Shown here: piece by piece, positions 25,700-35,126 of the stretch
Position numbering within the stretch: the stretch's first letter is position 1
Layout of the letters: every line of letters starts with the position of its first letter
DNA from: Bacteroidota bacterium
Lineage (GTDB): Bacteria > Bacteroidota > Bacteroidia > Bacteroidales > CAIXZF01
Reading direction: 5' to 3'
DNA: 64,000 bases
Assembly (NCBI GenBank): GCA_022709385.1
Contig: JAKLIX010000016.1
Coordinates: 8,926 to 72,925 of the forward strand
Position numbers and translations under genes: made by a program
Notes under the pieces: generated by a model
The model's database searches: none
What the model saw: only the letters and a program-made list of their open reading frames with translations
What the model was told of the DNA's origin: nothing

Positions 25700-27730
25700 A
25701 TGAAATCGAAATCCGGTGGGATCAGGCAGCCTGGTTCAGGGGTGAATGTAGCACTCCTGGCATACACCCTTGAATGCATTTCTGAATGTGTGAGCATCAC
25801 CGACAGGGAGAATGTGATCCTTTACGTGAACGATGCCTTTTTGCATACCTATGGCTATTCAAGGGAAGAACTGATAGGCCGGAATATCGGTATCGTGCGT
25901 CAGCAACCCTCCACCGACCTTCATGATGAGGTGTTGAATGAAACCCTGGTGGGCGGATGGCAGGGGGAACTGATCAACCGGAAAAAAGACGGGACGGAGT
26001 TTGTCGTTTTCCTGAGTACCAGCATCATTACGGGAGATGATGGAAGTTTTCAGGGCCTCGTCGGTGTGGCCAAGGATATCACTTTACAAAAGAAGGAAGA
26101 CGAGGCATACCGCCTGCTGGTTGACAATGCGCTTCAGGGTTTGCTCATCGTTCAGGATGGGCATATTGCTTTTGCCAACAACAAAGCAGCTGAGATACTC
26201 GGGTATGCTGTCTCCGATCTCATGCAGCTTAAACACGGTTCATTTGAGAATCTGATCCATCCGCTCGACAGAAAGCGGCAAAAGGAAGCCTATCAGACTT
26301 ATGCGGAGGGGAAAACCAGGGATAACACGGCTGAATTGCGCTTCGTCACAGGCAGGGGAGAGGTCAGGTGGGTACAGTTGTTTTCCCAGGCCACCACCTA
26401 TCTTGGATTGCCGGCTATACAACTGGCTTTTGTGGATATCACTGATGTAAAGACAGCTGAATTTGGTTACCAGAGGATACAGAACCAGATCAGGAAACAG
26501 AACCTGGTACTGATGGAAGTGCTTAATTCGGATCCGGGGGATGTCAGCGGATCCCTGAAGAAAATTTGTCAGATTGCTGCCGAAACTTTGAATACGGACA
26601 GGGTGAGTATCTGGTTGTTTGATGAGGCAGAAACAGAGATCAGCTGCATGCAGTTGTTCGACAGGCGACGGGGTTCAGAAGGACGGATGCAAATCAGGGT
26701 TGAGGAAAATCCACCCTATTTTGAAGCTTTGTCGAAAAACAGGATCGTGGCAGTTACTGAAGTGGAGGGAGACCAACGGCTGGAGGGGTTTTCTTCCTAT
26801 CTGAAGGAAAACAACATCCGTTCAATGCTTGATGTGAGGATAGGTTTGGGGGTGGAACGCACCGGCGTGGTTTGTTGGGAGGAATGTACCATGCAAAGAC
26901 ATTGGACCGAGGAGGAAATTTCTTTCGCCTGCAGGATCGTGGATGTGATAACTTTTTTCCTCGAATCGGGAAGAAGGATAGCAACAGAAAATGCCTTGCG
27001 GGAAAGCGAACAACGCCTGCTGCAATCAAATAAAACCAAGGATGCCTTCTTTTCTATCATCGCACACGATCTGAAGAGTCCATACCATGCCATCAGCGGA
27101 TTTGCCGATTTGTTGCAAAATGAATACGACAGGTTAAGCGATGAGGAAAAACGAAAAATGATTGCCAATATTCATGTTTCGGCCAATAATACCTATAAAC
27201 TCCTGGAGAACCTGCTTGCCTGGGCCAGCGTGCAGGCTGGGCAAATGGTCGTGGTAAGGGATATTGTGGATATGTCGTTACTGGTCAACGAAACCCTCCT
27301 GCTTCTTAAATCCCAGGCTGATCTTAAAGCCATCACTTTCCACTCCAAACTAAAGTTTCAGACCGAGGCCTATGCCGATGAAAATATGATGAAGACTGTT
27401 CTTCGGAATGTGATCAGTAATTCTGTGAGATATTCATATAAAAATCAGCGTATTACTATCAGCAGCCAATATGTACAACAGGGAGGAAAACGTTTTCTTA
27501 AAATGCTGGTGTCGGATAAGGGCATTGGAATCAGGGAAGAAGATATCGGTAAAATTTTCGATATCGGGGCGAAGTTTGTAGTCCCTGGTTCTGAGGGAGA
27601 GAAAGGTACCGGCCTTGGATTGATCCTTGCCAAAGAATTTCTGAGGATGAATGAGGGGGAAATTTGGATAGAAAGCATACCGGGAACAGGTACGGATGTG
27701 TATCTCACGATACCCGTCGGACCTGCATAA
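25700..27730 (+). CDS. cytoplasmic sensor histidine kinase (PAS-PAS-GAF-HisKA-HATPase_c)
   Basis: H-box FFSIIAHDLKSP, and G-boxes DKGIGI and GTGLGL. Two PAS-like segments and a GAF-like segment upstream. No TM helix and no adjacent response regulator. Confidence 0.85.
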   Translation: MKSKSGGIRQPGSGVNVALLAYTLECISECVSITDRENVILYVNDAFLHTYGYSREELIGRNIGIVRQQPSTDLHDEVLNETLVGGWQGELINRKKDGTEFVVFLSTSIITGDDGSFQGLVGVAKDITLQKKEDEAYRLLVDNALQGLLIVQDGHIAFANNKAAEILGYAVSDLMQLKHGSFENLIHPLDRKRQKEAYQTYAEGKTRDNTAELRFVTGRGEVRWVQLFSQATTYLGLPAIQLAFVDITDVKTAEFGYQRIQNQIRKQNLVLMEVLNSDPGDVSGSLKKICQIAAETLNTDRVSIWLFDEAETEISCMQLFDRRRGSEGRMQIRVEENPPYFEALSKNRIVAVTEVEGDQRLEGFSSYLKENNIRSMLDVRIGLGVERTGVVCWEECTMQRHWTEEEISFACRIVDVITFFLESGRRIATENALRESEQRLLQSNKTKDAFFSIIAHDLKSPYHAISGFADLLQNEYDRLSDEEKRKMIANIHVSANNTYKLLENLLAWASVQAGQMVVVRDIVDMSLLVNETLLLLKSQADLKAITFHSKLKFQTEAYADENMMKTVLRNVISNSVRYSYKNQRITISSQYVQQGGKRFLKMLVSDKGIGIREEDIGKIFDIGAKFVVPGSEGEKGTGLGLILAKEFLRMNEGEIWIESIPGTGTDVYLTIPVGPA

Positions 27731-27879
27731 TGGTTGCCTGGAAGATTTTGCGCACATGTGTTACAGGTTACGAATGCAGAGCTTTTTAGTATGAGGGATG
27801 CCGTACACTTTTAGACCGCAAATTTTTTACAAAAGCATTCCGTGCCGGTATCCTGGTGTTTAAGGTCTGAAAATAATGG

Positions 27880-27887
27880 TAAGTTTG
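27880..27887 (+). promoter_or_regulatory. -7 promoter box TAAGTTTG
   Basis: Exact TAnnTTTG, 21 nt upstream of ATG 27908. Confidence 0.45.
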
Positions 27888-27907
27888 TAACATAAAATTC
27901 ATTGTTT

Positions 27908-28213
27908 ATGGGAAAAGGTGATAAAAAATCAAGGAGAGGCAAGATCATTATCGGTACTTACGGTGTCCGGCGTAAAAAAAGATCTGCTGGAAAATATGTC
28001 CCGGCTCCCGGAGGGAAAGAATCAGGCAAGAAGGAGATCAGCCAGGTAGCGGAACCGGTAGAACTTAGCCCGGAAACTGCTGCCATACCGCCTGTTACTG
28101 ACACGGAAGCAGGGCCTCCTCCGGCTCCTGCGCCAAAACCTGCAAGAAAGAAAGCGGCTGACAAACTGAAGCCTGCTGCCGGGGATAAGGCGGCGGGATC
28201 TGAAGCCGGGTGA
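27908..28213 (+). CDS. ribosomal protein bTHX homolog with a long Pro/Ala/Lys-rich C-terminal extension
   Basis: N-terminal MGKGDKKSRRGKIIIGTYGVRRKKR resembles the bTHX peptide. It is followed by about 75 aa of low-complexity PAPKPARKKAADKLKPAAG-type sequence. Confidence 0.6.
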   Translation: MGKGDKKSRRGKIIIGTYGVRRKKRSAGKYVPAPGGKESGKKEISQVAEPVELSPETAAIPPVTDTEAGPPPAPAPKPARKKAADKLKPAAGDKAAGSEAG

Positions 28214-28215
28214 TC

Positions 28216-29658
28216 TCAATCCGGAGATGAAATCTGATTTGAATTGTCCGGCATGCCAGGCTCTTTCCGGTAATTTCTGACCAGGCGCTTGAAAGTGTTT
28301 CCCCTGTCCTCGAAATTGTTAAACCAGTCGTAGCTTGCAGCCGCAGGGGAAAGGAGGCAGATGCTTCCTTCCGGGCTTAGTCTGAAACAGGCATCCACCA
28401 GTTCGGGGTAGGATGCAGCTTCCCTGATTTCCATACTCTGACAGCCTGTATTGCAGAGCAAGCGGGCTATTTTTTTACCAGCTTCCCCGGTATGCAGGAG
28501 CACAGGGACAGGGTAACGGACCAGGTAAGCTGCCAGTGGTTCGTAATCGATCCCTCTGTCCATGCCTCCGACAATCAGGGTATGAACCTTTTTCAGGGTT
28601 TCAAGGGCACGGATACAAGCCTGGGGGATGGTGGAGATGCTGTCGTTGTAAAACCTGATACCATAATAAGAACCGAAATCTTCAAGCCTGTGTTCCAGTG
28701 AATTGAATACCGGCAGTGCCGCGGCCATGCTGTCTTCACTTATCCCCGAAAGCCCGGCTGCCAGACAGGCTGCCATGGTATTCAACAGGTTATGCTCTCC
28801 GCTCATGCTTGAAAGTTCCCGGATACCGGGAATCCGGAGTTCTCTGTCCCTCAAAGTAAGGATGCAGGCATCATCCCGGAGCCAGGCACCTCTTTCCGGC
28901 ATCGCCGTGAGTGACACCGGATAGCAGTCTGAAGCAGGCGGATCGCTGCGGATAAAGGTCTGAATAACAGGATCATCATGATTATACACCAGGCTGTTGC
29001 CGGGTCGTTGCAGGTGGGCCAGGTGGTATTTGGTTTGTTGGTACTCTTCAAGAGAATCATAATAATCAAGATGTTCCGGAAAAATGTTCAGCAGCACTGC
29101 CTTTGCAGGGGCGATGCTGAGCCTGTAGATCTGGTGGCATGACAATTCGCATACAATGTGTGAGTCGGCCGTGACCTTATGCGCAACTGAAAAAAGCGGG
29201 ATTCCGATATTCCCGGCCAGGATGCTTTTTTTACCGCCGTATAATAATATATGGTGTAACAGGGAAGCCGTGGTGCTTTTACCCTTGGTTCCGGTGATGC
29301 CTGTGATCTGATCTCCGAAGGCACGGATAAAAAGTTCAGTCTGTGATGTAACCAATGTGTCAATCCCGGTTGCTTCCAGTGTTTTGTAAGGGATGCCGGG
29401 TGATTTGAGGATCACATCAGCGTCTGCTGCCGCATGCAGGTAGTTATCCCCGCTGAAAAGCCGCAATGGATTTGTTTTTTCATCTGACTGCCGGGGAAGA
29501 TATGCCTCGTTGAGCTGACGGTCAGCTATCCAGATTTCCCTTCCCGGAAAACAATGCATCAGGAAATCCAGGCTCGAACTGCCTTCCTTTCCGAATCCGA
29601 GGATCAGGATTTGCTTCTGACCGAAGCTTTCTTTTAGCAGTTGTTCGAGTTTTTCCAT
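28216..29658 (-). CDS. murD: MurD-family UDP-N-acetylmuramoyl-L-alanine--glutamate ligase, stand-alone copy (possibly the L-Glu-adding MurD2 type)
   Basis: ILGFGKEGSS N-terminal fold, ITGTKGKSTTASLL P-loop, and Mur ligase middle and C-terminal domains. ATG 29658 (the ORF track starts at TTG 29673). Overlaps the upstream gene by 25 nt. Confidence 0.8.
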   Translation of the reverse strand: MEKLEQLLKESFGQKQILILGFGKEGSSSLDFLMHCFPGREIWIADRQLNEAYLPRQSDEKTNPLRLFSGDNYLHAAADADVILKSPGIPYKTLEATGIDTLVTSQTELFIRAFGDQITGITGTKGKSTTASLLHHILLYGGKKSILAGNIGIPLFSVAHKVTADSHIVCELSCHQIYRLSIAPAKAVLLNIFPEHLDYYDSLEEYQQTKYHLAHLQRPGNSLVYNHDDPVIQTFIRSDPPASDCYPVSLTAMPERGAWLRDDACILTLRDRELRIPGIRELSSMSGEHNLLNTMAACLAAGLSGISEDSMAAALPVFNSLEHRLEDFGSYYGIRFYNDSISTIPQACIRALETLKKVHTLIVGGMDRGIDYEPLAAYLVRYPVPVLLHTGEAGKKIARLLCNTGCQSMEIREAASYPELVDACFRLSPEGSICLLSPAAASYDWFNNFEDRGNTFKRLVRNYRKEPGMPDNSNQISSPD

Positions 29659-31019
29659 GCCTGTGTGAGCCAATGAAGCGCCTCATCGGGGAGAAAATGA
29701 TCATGATTCCAGTGGTGAAGGAAGGAGCTTTCATCTGCAGGGAAATCATCCGTTTCCTGACAGTATTGTCCGTATTTTTCCAGTAAAAGCGGGGGGCGAT
29801 CTCCTGCCTTGATGTGTGAACGCCTGAGTGCCTGCCTCACTTCACCGATCGTACCGATGCATTCAAATGGTTTGGTTTCCTGCAGTCCGGCAAGCATCTG
29901 CAGGTTTTCCCACTGTTCCGGATCCTCAAAGAGGTTCCCTCCGAAAATGCCGTCAAGCTGATCCAGCTCGAGGTAGGGATACAGGATAATCCAGGCGAAC
30001 AGGCATTTCGAACATTTACGGCACCACTTGTCCTCCCTGCTTCCGGCATTACAGCTTCTGATTGCCTTAAAATACGCCGGCATCCGGCTGAAAATCCGGG
30101 CAATCTGCAACTCAAGCAGCGGCCTTAAAAAACTGAAATAAACGCTATCTATACCCAGAAACCGGCTGCAGTACTCCCTGAAATCTTTTTCAAAGCCGTA
30201 GGTTTTAGAATACTGGTGATTGATGTCCGTACCGGGGATGCTGGATTCGTTGGCACTTGCTTCATTGGAAAGCGCCACATGCTTTATTCCCGTTAAGCGG
30301 CTGGCGATCAGCGATAAAAATGCGAGCAGAGCCGAAAATGGCGTATGGCCGTTCAGAAAGCCTTCTCCGTTCATTTTCAGTAACAAAGGATCCAGATGAC
30401 GGTGAAAGACCACAGAAGCGTCTTTATCAAAATCTTTGATACGGATGGTACGCAGCATGGCCGGAGAGGGATTTAGGAGCATTGGCACCACACTGGTATG
30501 TCTGGTAAGGATATCCAGGGTGACAGCCGAGTCTTTCCCGCCACCCACAGGGACGATATAGCCGTCTTTCAGTGGAGGTCTTTGCAGGTGAGTCTCGTAA
30601 TGAGATGAGCACCGGATGTCGACAAATTCACCGGGCCCGACCTGAATTCCATTGGTAAAGCGGAATTCTCCAAGCCCCAGGAAGAACAGTTTTTTCCACC
30701 AGGCAATCATGTCCTTATCCAGTGCCCCGGGCACAACGACGATCTCCGGAGAACAAAAGGCTTTCCAGTAACTGATCATTTCAACCAGCCCTAACTGAAA
30801 AACAAGTTGCCGGAAGCCCTGATCTTCCGGGAGGGTATGGAAATCCCCGTATATCTTCCGGAAGGGTATGGTCAGGAAAGGAGCGAACTGAAACCGGCCG
30901 GGAACAGAGAAGAAATAGCGGATGTGCAGCTGATCATCCCTGACTTCAGCTTCAAAAGCATCGTAGCGAAACAGGGGGTATTCTTTCCTGAACTGTTCGA
31001 ATTTTTTCTGTGGATCCAT
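29634..31019 (-). CDS. PP-loop (VGGGKDS) protein of unnamed family; candidate MurL-like UDP-MurNAc-L-Ala-L-Glu epimerase
   Basis: 461 aa with the ATP-pyrophosphatase-type motif YIVPVGGGKDSAVTLDIL and the Cys cluster CNAGSREDKWCRKCSKC. Translationally coupled to the MurD-family gene. The MurL assignment is an inference from context. Confidence 0.5.
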   Translation of the reverse strand: MDPQKKFEQFRKEYPLFRYDAFEAEVRDDQLHIRYFFSVPGRFQFAPFLTIPFRKIYGDFHTLPEDQGFRQLVFQLGLVEMISYWKAFCSPEIVVVPGALDKDMIAWWKKLFFLGLGEFRFTNGIQVGPGEFVDIRCSSHYETHLQRPPLKDGYIVPVGGGKDSAVTLDILTRHTSVVPMLLNPSPAMLRTIRIKDFDKDASVVFHRHLDPLLLKMNGEGFLNGHTPFSALLAFLSLIASRLTGIKHVALSNEASANESSIPGTDINHQYSKTYGFEKDFREYCSRFLGIDSVYFSFLRPLLELQIARIFSRMPAYFKAIRSCNAGSREDKWCRKCSKCLFAWIILYPYLELDQLDGIFGGNLFEDPEQWENLQMLAGLQETKPFECIGTIGEVRQALRRSHIKAGDRPPLLLEKYGQYCQETDDFPADESSFLHHWNHDHFLPDEALHWLTQAWKNSNNC

Positions 31020-31129
31020 CCGGTGATCGCTGAAATCGTTAAGAAAATCTCTATCTTAGCTTTTTCAAAGATAAACCAAAAGCGTATAAACAATAGCCTG
31101 TAATCTGGTACGTTTTACAGGACGGAATT

Positions 31130-31693
31130 ATGCAGACCGGCATTTTAAAACCATCGGCAGGGCGTATCCTGATCTCAGAGCCTTCACTGCGGGATTTTTA
31201 TTTCCGCCGGTCGGTCGTATTGCTGGCTGAGCACAATGATGAAGGCTCTTTCGGACTGATCATCAACAAACCCATTCACTTGTCCCTGAGGGAAGTAGTA
31301 AAAGGCTTTCCTGATTTTGATGCCCGCGTTTTTCTCGGGGGCCCCGTGAAGACCGACAGCCTGTTTTTTCTTCATACCCGTGATGACCTGATCCGTTCGG
31401 GTTTAAAAGTAATTGAAGGACTGTTCTGGGGTGGTGATATCGAGCAGGTGAAGGAATTAATGCTGAGCCGGTTGATCCTTCCTTCGGAGATCCGGTTTTA
31501 CGTGGGTTATTCTGGCTGGGCGCCGCGTCAGCTTGATGAGGAGATGGAAAGAAATTCCTGGGTGGTTTCAAGAGCCAGCAAAGATGAAGTGATTGGCAGC
31601 GAACCCGAACAGATTTATCCGGATGCATTGCGCAAACTCGGCGGGGATTATCTGCTCTGGACCAACTTTCCGAATGATCCCTCCCTCAACTGA
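31130..31693 (+). CDS. YqgE/AlgH family protein (UPF0301)
   Basis: FRRSVVLLAEHNDEGSFGLIINKP...GGPV...GYSGW..GQL pattern typical of AlgH/YqgE. Confidence 0.88.
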   Translation: MQTGILKPSAGRILISEPSLRDFYFRRSVVLLAEHNDEGSFGLIINKPIHLSLREVVKGFPDFDARVFLGGPVKTDSLFFLHTRDDLIRSGLKVIEGLFWGGDIEQVKELMLSRLILPSEIRFYVGYSGWAPRQLDEEMERNSWVVSRASKDEVIGSEPEQIYPDALRKLGGDYLLWTNFPNDPSLN

Positions 31694-31720
31694 TCCTTCA
31701 GCCTTCTCATCAGAGCCTCC

Positions 31721-33226
31721 TCAATAGCGGTACAGAAAATATATTTCATCGCTGGTAATTGTTTCCCCAAAAACCTGCTGAAGGGTTTGCAGCCGGTATT
31801 GTCCGGGATTTTCGAGCGGCCATGGGAGCAGGAGCAGAAAAGAATGCCCGCCGGCTTTATTAAACGCCCTGTGAATGACTTCCTCGGGGGGGAGTCGCCT
31901 GCCCGGCAGATAGGTGCTGTCCCAGTGGATAAAGGTGTAATAGTCACGGATTCCCGGATCCCAGAACCTGGCACCGGGCAGGTAGGGAAGCAGGGATGTC
32001 ATGGTATGCACGTTATAGGCAATCACAGGGATGCCGGGACTCATTTCATTTTTCAGTAACAGGGCCATCTCTTTCGATCCTGAGAATTTCTTACGGATAT
32101 CTTTGTTCAGATAGTAGATTCCCGGGAGGGTGGAAACGAACAGGCTGACGGCAAGGAATACCATGATTGTCAGGCGGAAGGGCCCGGGAATTTTGTGCAG
32201 CGGCAACAGCGGCTGTTGCTTCTCTATATTGAGAATCCACAGTGCCGTCATCAGCCAGATCAGGATCAGTCCGTAATGACGGAGATAACCGCTGTGCTTG
32301 AAAATGAGGATATAAACCATCCCGGCGAAGGCCGTCAGGAAGAAGAAAAGTGCTCTTCCGCTGCGGCCCAGGTATATCATGAACAAAAGGAAGAACACTG
32401 CAAAGAAGATGAGTTCGGTCCAGTGTCTGGTAAACAGGGTGATGGCGGGGTTTTCGCCGCAAGCCGGGATAAAGGCTTGTGCGATGGCATCCGCCGGGGC
32501 AAGGTAAGCGAATTCGTTTATCAGGCCAGGTTTCCAGGAATCGGATGGCGGGATGACGCTGTAAACTGCAAACAGCACACCCGCACTCAGAATCAGCAAG
32601 GCCGGCAGGAAGCGCCGGCTCAGTAATGCTTTGAATCCACCGGTTTTGTATATATCGTAAGCCAGGATCAATCCCATGGCCCCTGCCGGAAACATGCTGT
32701 GTGTATTGGTGTTGGCAAGCAGGGCTGCGAGCAGACCGAAAACAGCCGGAATTTGAAGTCTCCTTTGGTATAAAGCTGCAAGTGAGAACAACAACAGGAC
32801 GCTCATTCCGTAACTGCGCGCAATCACTGCATATTCATAGATCATGTAATAGGAGAAAATGAAAAGGATTTTGGTCAGAAGATCGAATGGCCCGAACCGC
32901 AGGAAGAGGAATGCTGCCGTAACCATCAGCAGTCCGTTCCAGAGCGACATGCTGAAATATGGTAAGCCGCTTCCGGAGAGCAGGGAAAGGCTCAGATGCC
33001 AGAGTGGCGGAGAGCCGTCATAGCCCATCTCTGCGATCAGCTCCCTGAAGGAAAGATCTCTCCCGAGCAGCCATGCCTGTGCTTCATCACGCCAGGGTTC
33101 ATGGTAAAAGATCCCCAGGAATACCAGGAGCGTGTATGTTAGAATGGTGAGAAGGAGAAACGTTCGTGACGGATGAGAAGTTTTTCCCCGGATGCCGCTG
33201 TCATTCAAACCATCGGTCTTTCGCAT
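31721..33226 (-). CDS. polytopic membrane protein, GT-C (ArnT/PMT-like) glycosyltransferase candidate
   Basis: 501 aa with about 11 TM helices, an N-terminal first-loop motif YHEPWRDEAQAWLLGRD, and a soluble C-terminal domain. Confidence 0.55.
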   Translation of the reverse strand: MRKTDGLNDSGIRGKTSHPSRTFLLLTILTYTLLVFLGIFYHEPWRDEAQAWLLGRDLSFRELIAEMGYDGSPPLWHLSLSLLSGSGLPYFSMSLWNGLLMVTAAFLFLRFGPFDLLTKILFIFSYYMIYEYAVIARSYGMSVLLLFSLAALYQRRLQIPAVFGLLAALLANTNTHSMFPAGAMGLILAYDIYKTGGFKALLSRRFLPALLILSAGVLFAVYSVIPPSDSWKPGLINEFAYLAPADAIAQAFIPACGENPAITLFTRHWTELIFFAVFFLLFMIYLGRSGRALFFFLTAFAGMVYILIFKHSGYLRHYGLILIWLMTALWILNIEKQQPLLPLHKIPGPFRLTIMVFLAVSLFVSTLPGIYYLNKDIRKKFSGSKEMALLLKNEMSPGIPVIAYNVHTMTSLLPYLPGARFWDPGIRDYYTFIHWDSTYLPGRRLPPEEVIHRAFNKAGGHSFLLLLPWPLENPGQYRLQTLQQVFGETITSDEIYFLYRY

Positions 33227-33304
33227 GCTTGCAGGTTTGCTTTTGCAAAACTGCGAAGATTTATCAATGCGCTGACAGATGATGCATTTTTTTACCCGTT
33301 CACA

Positions 33305-34114
33305 CTATTCGGGCGCTGCAGTATAATCGATCTCTGATCCGAGAACACTGTGCGGTATCAGGTAAACTGCCAGCAATACGGCAGCGGCGGCCATCACCCA
33401 GCCACGCTGATCGGGGTATTTCCTTGTCCTGAATAAAGCAATGATCCAGAAGATCATGGCAATGGCAGTTTTATTGTCGGTAAGATCGTGACCCCATGGC
33501 CATCCTGTCCAGAACTCACCAAAAGCATGATACTGGACAAGCGGGCCCAGAAACAATCCCCCGCTAAACAGCAAGATGCTTGTCCAAAGGCTAAGCGGAA
33601 AATAATTACCTTCTCTGGCCAGCGCACCCATTCCGGCCCTGGTGGAAAAGACCATGGCAAGAAACATCAGGATGATGTGAGGGATAAGAAAAAATGACGG
33701 TACTTTACCTTTGAATCTCAAAACAACAGGTTCTTCACTCATTTTCAGTTCTCCGGCTGATCCTGTAAGGGTGATCGTGTACATGACCTTGCCTGCGGGA
33801 GCCTGATGCGGCAGGGCGGCAATCAGGTGGTCTCCGTCCCTGATGAGGTCGGCGGTTTGCCATTCATCATGACTTTTATAGCGCTTGTAAGTGTAAGTAC
33901 CGCCAATCGCAGTATTGGCAGCGGTGATCTTCACAAGGGCATCGCCTTCGCTGTCGGAACTGGTGATCAGCCTGGCCCTGACCTCTGTGCCTTCGAACAC
34001 TGTCTTAATCCGTGTGGGATAAGTGGGTCCCGTGGCCCGCTGGTAAACTGCCAGGCCCGTCATCAGAATGAAAGACAGCACCCACAGCAGGATGGATTTG
34101 CTTCGGTGGCTCAT
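33305..34114 (-). CDS. hypothetical membrane protein (TM helix + extracytoplasmic beta-rich domain + 4-5 TM helices)
   Basis: ATG 34114 (MSHRSKSILLWVLSF...) avoids overlap with the upstream gene. No recognisable motif. Confidence 0.6.
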   Translation of the reverse strand: MSHRSKSILLWVLSFILMTGLAVYQRATGPTYPTRIKTVFEGTEVRARLITSSDSEGDALVKITAANTAIGGTYTYKRYKSHDEWQTADLIRDGDHLIAALPHQAPAGKVMYTITLTGSAGELKMSEEPVVLRFKGKVPSFFLIPHIILMFLAMVFSTRAGMGALAREGNYFPLSLWTSILLFSGGLFLGPLVQYHAFGEFWTGWPWGHDLTDNKTAIAMIFWIIALFRTRKYPDQRGWVMAAAAVLLAVYLIPHSVLGSEIDYTAAPE

Positions 34115-34133
34115 TGAAATAACATTAAACAGA

Positions 34134-35126
34134 CTATAAACAAATCCGGGCTGCTTTGGTTGTCCTGATGAATATAAATTCCACCGTAGCACCACGTTTC
34201 AGGATGGCTGCCGTCAGGTTGGTAAGTCCGAACAACGGAAAGCTGACAATGAAGAACAGCCGCTGCAGTGTGAGTTTCCAGGCAGGGTAGCTTTCCCGGT
34301 ATGCCTTGTTCCCTTTGAGGGACTCGAACAGCAGGTCACGCTTGGGACATATCAGGTTCAGGATACTCTGGATCATCCCGTAAGGGTTTTGTTCCATGGA
34401 AGCGTAGGATTCATTTAAAAGCCTGTATCCTTTTTCCCTCATCATCTTTTTAAAAGCGGACGGCTTGACGAGACTCAGGTGTCTCGGAGGATCCAGGTGC
34501 AGCCACCTGCCTTTGAACAGGCGGCTCTGAATGCTGTCCGCATTGGGAAACGAGATCATCAGGATGCCTTCTTCCTGGAGGATGTGGTCAATGATCTCCA
34601 GGGTTTCCAAAGGTTCCGGCAGATGTTCATAAACATGAAACATGCAAACTGCTTTTATGCTTTTTTCCGGGAAATCATTTATCTGCAGTTTGGTTGTTTT
34701 GAGAATGATACCGGGAATCTGAGCGGCTCTTGCGGCTGCTTTTCCCGCTAACTCTATGCCATGGGCACGGATTGGTTTTCGCTTCAGCAGCGCTTTCAGG
34801 AAATGCCCGTTCCCACAGCCAAGATCCAGCACCCGGTCACCCTCGTTCAGCCACTTTGCAAGTTTTCTTGCCCGGCCTTCCCTGAACCATTCGATTACAC
34901 GTTCAACCAGGGGAAAGGTGAATTTCTTTTCAGATGATCCATAGTAGCTGTCATCATAGGCTTTTTGTAATGCCTGTTCATCAGGCCGGGGAAAGAGGCT
35001 GAAGGCTCCGCAGGATTCGTGAAACACCACACGGTAGGTAGTACCATATTGATCTTCAGTGAAGTAGCAATGTGATGCCACATTTGTTTCATGGCAATAT
35101 CCACAGGGGAACAAGGGGTGGTTCAT
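34134..35126 (-). CDS. class I SAM-dependent methyltransferase with an N-terminal Cys-rich (zinc-ribbon-like) segment
   Basis: SAM motif I VLDLGCGNGHF. N-terminal CGYCH...HESCG. ATGA overlap with the GT2 stop. Confidence 0.8.
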   Translation of the reverse strand: MNHPLFPCGYCHETNVASHCYFTEDQYGTTYRVVFHESCGAFSLFPRPDEQALQKAYDDSYYGSSEKKFTFPLVERVIEWFREGRARKLAKWLNEGDRVLDLGCGNGHFLKALLKRKPIRAHGIELAGKAAARAAQIPGIILKTTKLQINDFPEKSIKAVCMFHVYEHLPEPLETLEIIDHILQEEGILMISFPNADSIQSRLFKGRWLHLDPPRHLSLVKPSAFKKMMREKGYRLLNESYASMEQNPYGMIQSILNLICPKRDLLFESLKGNKAYRESYPAWKLTLQRLFFIVSFPLFGLTNLTAAILKRGATVEFIFIRTTKAARICL

